From: a virus
UHGV virus genome: UHGV-1357020
Direction: 5' to 3' (one strand)
DNA: 39,207 bases
A model generated the notes under the pieces. That model worked only from the letters and a program-made list of their open reading frames with translations. It had not been told where the DNA came from and searched no databases. Position 1 is the stretch's first letter. Each line of letters starts with the position of its first letter. This document shows, piece after piece, positions 34,968 to 39,207 of the stretch. Position numbers and translations under genes: made by a program.

Positions 34968-37900
34968 TGGATAACATCAGAATTGCGATTCTAAGCACAA
35001 ATAACACGCCAGTAGCGTACATGGACAACGGGCATAAAAAGTCCATGCACTACTGGAATGATGATCTACACGAATACTTACAGGGTACGGCGAATGCTTA
35101 CACTTTTACGGTAAATGCAAAGCATCCAGACGCACAGCATATCAAAGCTGGGAATAAGGTGGCATTTACTTGCAAGGGGAAATCATACTACTTAAACATT
35201 GTAAATACAGACCAAACAGAGCAGACGATTACTGCCACGGCATGGTCACTGTCGTTTGAGCTTATTAACGAGGATGCTGGAGAATACAAAGCTGGAAAGG
35301 CCATGAGTTTTGAAGAGTACCTCGCCGTCTTTGATGCTGAGAGAACGCTTAAATTGGGACTCAATGAGGTGTCGGACAAACGGATCACCAACGAATGGAC
35401 AGGTACAACGTCCGTATTAAAGAGATTATTCTCCCTGGCTAATGTCTTTTCTGCGGAGATCGAATTTGAGACAGTACTGAACAGAGACTACTCTTTAAAA
35501 GAGATTGTCCTAAATGTATATCGGAAACACTCCGATACAGACAGCGGAGTCGGAGAACACCGGAATGACATTGTACTGCGGTACGGGAAAGGAATTACCG
35601 GAATTCGAAAAACCACAGATGCCGAGAAGCTTTACACCTGCATCCAGCCGACCGGAAAGGACGGTCTGACAATCAATGGTCTTGACAAGAAAGAATACGA
35701 TGAAAACGGCAATATCGAGTACTTTACAGACGGTGCGATCATCCGCGCACCACAGGCAAGGGACCGGTTCCCATCCAACATCGTAAATAAGGCTGATGCT
35801 TATATCCTGATGCGTAAAGAGTACGATACAGACAGCAAGGACAAGCTCTATAGCATGGCTCTGTCTGATCTTAAAACAGCATCTGAACCGGTGGTGACTT
35901 ACGAGGTGGACGGATATTTTGACACCAACATCGGGGATACGGTAAGGATGCAGGATCAGGAGTGGACACCAGTCCTTTATCTACAGGCAAGAGTATCAGA
36001 ACAGATCAGGAGTCTTACCAATCCCAAAACTGCAAAGACGGTATTTACAAACTACAAAGAGCTGACATCGGAAATTTCGGACAGCTTATTACAGAGGATG
36101 CAAGACCTTATTAATAAAAATAAGGTTTATACTTGCTCTATCTCAACAAACAACGGCGTTATCTTTAAAAATGGCATCGGTAGCACTACTCTGACCGCTT
36201 ACGCTTACGATAACGGCGTGGATGTGGCAGACAAGCTACAATTCCGATGGAGCAAGGATGGACATGAGTTTCATGTTGGTAAGAGCGTTACGGTAAATGC
36301 TACGGACGTGGATACAAAGGCGGTGTACTCGTTTGAGGCTATGGAAAATGGGATAAAACGTGGGTATTACGAGGTTACGATTACAGATGTAATGGATGGA
36401 GAGGATGGAAAAGACGGAGAACAGGGTCCGCAAGGTGAGAAAGGAGAGCAAGGCGAACAGGGACCTCCGGGTCCACAAGGCGCTCCGGGATTGGATGGTA
36501 TACAGGGTCCAAAAGGGGATCAGGGAATCCCGGGAAAAGATGGGAAGGACGGAAAAACACAGTACACCCACATTGCTTATGCAAACAGCGCAGATGGGTC
36601 TAAAGATTTTTCTGTATCCGACAGTAATCGGGAATATATCGGAATGTATGTCGATTTTATTCCGAACGACAGCACAGACCCAACAAAATACGCATGGAGC
36701 AAGATCAAAGGCGCAAACGGGGAAAACGGAACACCCGGAAAGCCGGGAGCTGATGGAAAGACCCCGTATCTACATATCGCCTACGCAAACAGTGCAGATG
36801 GCAAGACGGGATTTTCCACCACGGATGGTACAAATAAGCTCTATATCGGGCAGTACACGGATTATACACAGGCAGATAGTACAGATGCTACGAAGTATAC
36901 ATGGACAAAAATAAAAGGCGAACAGGGGGAACGTGGTCCTCAGGGAGTCCCGGGTTTGCAGGGAATACAAGGTCCTAAAGGTGAACAGGGGATACAGGGT
37001 CCCAAAGGAGATACTGGAGCTGCAGGTGTAAACTACTGGAGATCATCAGCAACGATAGACTTATCTGATGCCAAAACTTACGATGTAAATAAATGGTATC
37101 CCGTTGTGGGGAGTCAGCTTCCAACGAGTGTTTATAATCGTATTTTGGTTAATGTGTCTTTAAATAGTGGAACAAAACCATCCTGGAGTACACATGTTAG
37201 CGGATTCTCGGTGAATTTAGATCTGGCTTCCATTGGATCTGGGTGGGGAACTACTTCTGGCGAATGTATTATTTATGCAGACACGTATTCATTTTGTTTA
37301 GTGTCGCCTGCCAGCTATACACAACTGACTTATGGATCAATCCCTGTATTATATTTAAGAGGTGGCGGTAAATACTTTGTAAAGACTGATTTTGTGGTCA
37401 ACTGGACACCTAAGCCAACAGGATATACATGGCAGAATGGAAATTATAAGCAGACAGCACCTGTCTTAGATAGCAGACCTGTACCAAGCGGAACCAATAT
37501 TAAAGGGAAGAGCACCTATTTTCACATCAAGTATTCCGCAGTATCGAATCCAACCACCTCTAACCAGATGACAGAGATACCTAACACATATATTGGTACT
37601 TACGTAGACTTCACACAGGAAGATAGCACGGATCCAAAGAAATATACCTGGTCACGCTTCCAGGGAGTGCAAGGACCACAGGGAACGCAGGGGATTCCGG
37701 GGACAAATGGCGCAAACGGCAAGACAAGCTATCTTCACATTAAATATTCTAATGATGGAGGAAAAACGTTTACCGGAAACAGCGGAGAAGATGTGGGAAC
37801 GTATATCGGTACTTGTGTGGATTACAATCAGTCCGATCCTACAAGTGTTGGATCTTATAAGTGGGCGAAGATTAAAGGAGAACAAGGTGCGACAGGACCA

Positions 37901-39207
37901 CAAGGGCCTGCGGGGGCATCTGGAAGAGGGATAAAAACTATTACGGAATATTATTTGATTTCTTCCGCAAAAACAGGAATTACAACGGCGTTAAGCGGTT
38001 GGAGTACATCAATTCCTACGATGACAGCAACAAATAAATACTTGTGGAACTATGAAAAATTTACGTTTACAGATAATACGACAGCGACCACTACGCCAAA
38101 AATAATCGGGATATACGGAGACAAAGGAACAACAGGGGCTACCGGTCCACAAGGACCGCAGGGGGCAACTGGTGCAACGGGACCGCAAGGGGCAACTGGA
38201 AACGGAATAAAGTCTATCACGAATTATTATCTTGCAACGGCAAGCGGAAGCGGTGTGTCGGCGTCCACATCAGGATGGACTACAACTGTACAAGCAATAA
38301 CGGCGTCAAAAAAATATCTGTGGAATTATGAAGTTGTTACCTATACAAATGGTAGCACGTATCAATCAGCACCATGTATCATCGGAGTATATGGTGATAA
38401 GGGAGCGACCGGTGCTACAGGAGCAACAGGACCAAGTGGCATAATTGTATCTTCTACGGCTCCGTCAAATCCTAAAGTTGGCCAGTTATGGCAGACAGCA
38501 TCCGGTCAGCCGATCAAGCGGTGGGATGGAAGTAGGTGGGTGATCCATTATATTTCTGTTGATAACTTAAACGCACAGACTTTAAGTGCGATAGCGGCAG
38601 ATCTTGGAACTGTAACTGCCGGACTTATTAAGGATAAGAATGGAACAATGCTTATCGATGTTACATCCGGAAAGATTATTAGCAAGAAAATCGTGCAAGG
38701 AGCAGTGGAAAATGTTGCGTCATTGAGTAATGCGTATTTGGCTTTCTCTGGTAAGGCTCCGACAACAGATCGAGCTACTATGAGCGTGAACTTGCAAAAC
38801 ATCATGTTTACAAATGAAAATACGAGAAAAGCAACGACAATCCAGTTTGAGGATGAAATGATATATGCAAGAAATTCTGCATCCCCACGTATAAGCATAT
38901 ATGCGTATCGCAATTACGATTCCGGTACCGTGAAAGGTCCATATACAAGTGCAAACTCCGCTAATAACATCCGTATAGAACTAAAAAGAAGAGGATGTAT
39001 GGTAACATGCAAGATCACAATGATTGCACAATTTCCGGGAAGTGGCGAATACGGGCCATTCAACGAAGTGAAAATTCCAGTAGGATATCGACCGGTTATG
39101 GATTTCTTTGCTCCCTATAGTGAAGTTTCAGGACCTAACATATTTGGAACGGGAAGATACGGTATAGGAAAAGATGGGGGGATCAAGATTTATGTGGAGA
39201 ATGCCGG
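34967..39207 (+). CDS. tail-associated lysin / tail fibre (Tal-like N-terminus, repeated ~50-aa modules, seven collagen-like Gly-X-Y blocks). Partial; continues beyond the window.
   Basis: Open reading frame from ATG 34967 (TAATG overlap with dit) to the window end with no stop, verified codon by codon. The ORF track omits it only because no stop lies in the window. Confidence 0.8.
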   Translation, partial: MDNIRIAILSTNNTPVAYMDNGHKKSMHYWNDDLHEYLQGTANAYTFTVNAKHPDAQHIKAGNKVAFTCKGKSYYLNIVNTDQTEQTITATAWSLSFELINEDAGEYKAGKAMSFEEYLAVFDAERTLKLGLNEVSDKRITNEWTGTTSVLKRLFSLANVFSAEIEFETVLNRDYSLKEIVLNVYRKHSDTDSGVGEHRNDIVLRYGKGITGIRKTTDAEKLYTCIQPTGKDGLTINGLDKKEYDENGNIEYFTDGAIIRAPQARDRFPSNIVNKADAYILMRKEYDTDSKDKLYSMALSDLKTASEPVVTYEVDGYFDTNIGDTVRMQDQEWTPVLYLQARVSEQIRSLTNPKTAKTVFTNYKELTSEISDSLLQRMQDLINKNKVYTCSISTNNGVIFKNGIGSTTLTAYAYDNGVDVADKLQFRWSKDGHEFHVGKSVTVNATDVDTKAVYSFEAMENGIKRGYYEVTITDVMDGEDGKDGEQGPQGEKGEQGEQGPPGPQGAPGLDGIQGPKGDQGIPGKDGKDGKTQYTHIAYANSADGSKDFSVSDSNREYIGMYVDFIPNDSTDPTKYAWSKIKGANGENGTPGKPGADGKTPYLHIAYANSADGKTGFSTTDGTNKLYIGQYTDYTQADSTDATKYTWTKIKGEQGERGPQGVPGLQGIQGPKGEQGIQGPKGDTGAAGVNYWRSSATIDLSDAKTYDVNKWYPVVGSQLPTSVYNRILVNVSLNSGTKPSWSTHVSGFSVNLDLASIGSGWGTTSGECIIYADTYSFCLVSPASYTQLTYGSIPVLYLRGGGKYFVKTDFVVNWTPKPTGYTWQNGNYKQTAPVLDSRPVPSGTNIKGKSTYFHIKYSAVSNPTTSNQMTEIPNTYIGTYVDFTQEDSTDPKKYTWSRFQGVQGPQGTQGIPGTNGANGKTSYLHIKYSNDGGKTFTGNSGEDVGTYIGTCVDYNQSDPTSVGSYKWAKIKGEQGATGPQGPAGASGRGIKTITEYYLISSAKTGITTALSGWSTSIPTMTATNKYLWNYEKFTFTDNTTATTTPKIIGIYGDKGTTGATGPQGPQGATGATGPQGATGNGIKSITNYYLATASGSGVSASTSGWTTTVQAITASKKYLWNYEVVTYTNGSTYQSAPCIIGVYGDKGATGATGATGPSGIIVSSTAPSNPKVGQLWQTASGQPIKRWDGSRWVIHYISVDNLNAQTLSAIAADLGTVTAGLIKDKNGTMLIDVTSGKIISKKIVQGAVENVASLSNAYLAFSGKAPTTDRATMSVNLQNIMFTNENTRKATTIQFEDEMIYARNSASPRISIYAYRNYDSGTVKGPYTSANSANNIRIELKRRGCMVTCKITMIAQFPGSGEYGPFNEVKIPVGYRPVMDFFAPYSEVSGPNIFGTGRYGIGKDGGIKIYVENA

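Noticed and set aside
36396-36914. 172-aa plus-strand alternative-frame ORF within the tail fibre gene
   Set aside because: An artefact of the collagen-like GGN/CAG repeat region, which keeps a second frame open. The main frame is continuous for more than 1400 codons.
34967-39207. Possible diversity-generating retroelement acting on the repeat-rich tail fibre
   Set aside because: No reverse transcriptase ORF and no template-repeat/variable-repeat pair anywhere in the window. The repeats are intragenic module duplications.
1-39207. CRISPR arrays, restriction-modification genes, toxin-antitoxin pairs
   Set aside because: No regularly spaced direct repeats, no methyltransferase or endonuclease motifs and no obvious small overlapping toxin/antitoxin gene pairs were seen. 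The only short-repeat arrays are the origin iterons and the operator half-sites.

Overview
The window reads as an almost complete temperate siphovirus-type (pro)phage from a low-GC Firmicutes host, roughly Lachnospiraceae or Clostridia-like. No database search was possible.

Gene order, left to right:
- 81..1624, a lysis cassette: XhlA-like protein, a 2-TM holin, a 29-aa acidic micro-ORF and an Amidase_3 endolysin.
- 1631..1657: a bidirectional terminator.
- 1780..5323, minus-strand lysogeny operon: large serine recombinase (integrase), PH-like moron, lipoprotein moron, ImmA-like peptidase and XRE/ImmR-like repressor.
- 5340..5490: divergent promoters with a GTGTCT/AGACAC operator array.
- 5497..8890: Cro-like regulator and two different antirepressors (Rha type, and AntA/KilA-C type), flanking an opposite-strand HEXXH metallopeptidase-like orphan with its own 14-bp palindrome.
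- 9289..11293: small early genes.
- 11296..12949: ERF single-strand annealing protein, SSB and an ERCC4/XPF-type nuclease.
- 12942..15298: a stand-alone zf-CHC2 primase finger and a large P-loop primase-helicase.
- 15313..15700: a 58-aa RHH-like protein, then a GTAACAA iteron array that looks like the origin.
- 15701..21100: about 25 tightly packed small genes, including two Lar-family zinc ribbons, YopX and DUF551.
- 20692..21114: ArpU/sigma-like late activator.
- 21115..21690: about 600 bp of structured non-coding DNA containing tRNA-Asn(GTT).
- 21741..29967: terminase small and large subunits, portal, MuF-like minor head protein, scaffold, HK97-fold capsid, connector proteins and major tail protein.
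- 30022..39207: two tail chaperone ORFs, tape measure protein, a long Dit, and a tail-associated lysin/fibre of more than 1400 aa with seven collagen-like Gly-X-Y blocks that runs off the window end.

The lysis cassette sits upstream of the integrase. This implies that 1625..1780 is an attP or circular-permutation junction, or a tandem prophage boundary.

No CRISPR array, reverse transcriptase, DNA methyltransferase or restriction enzyme is visible.
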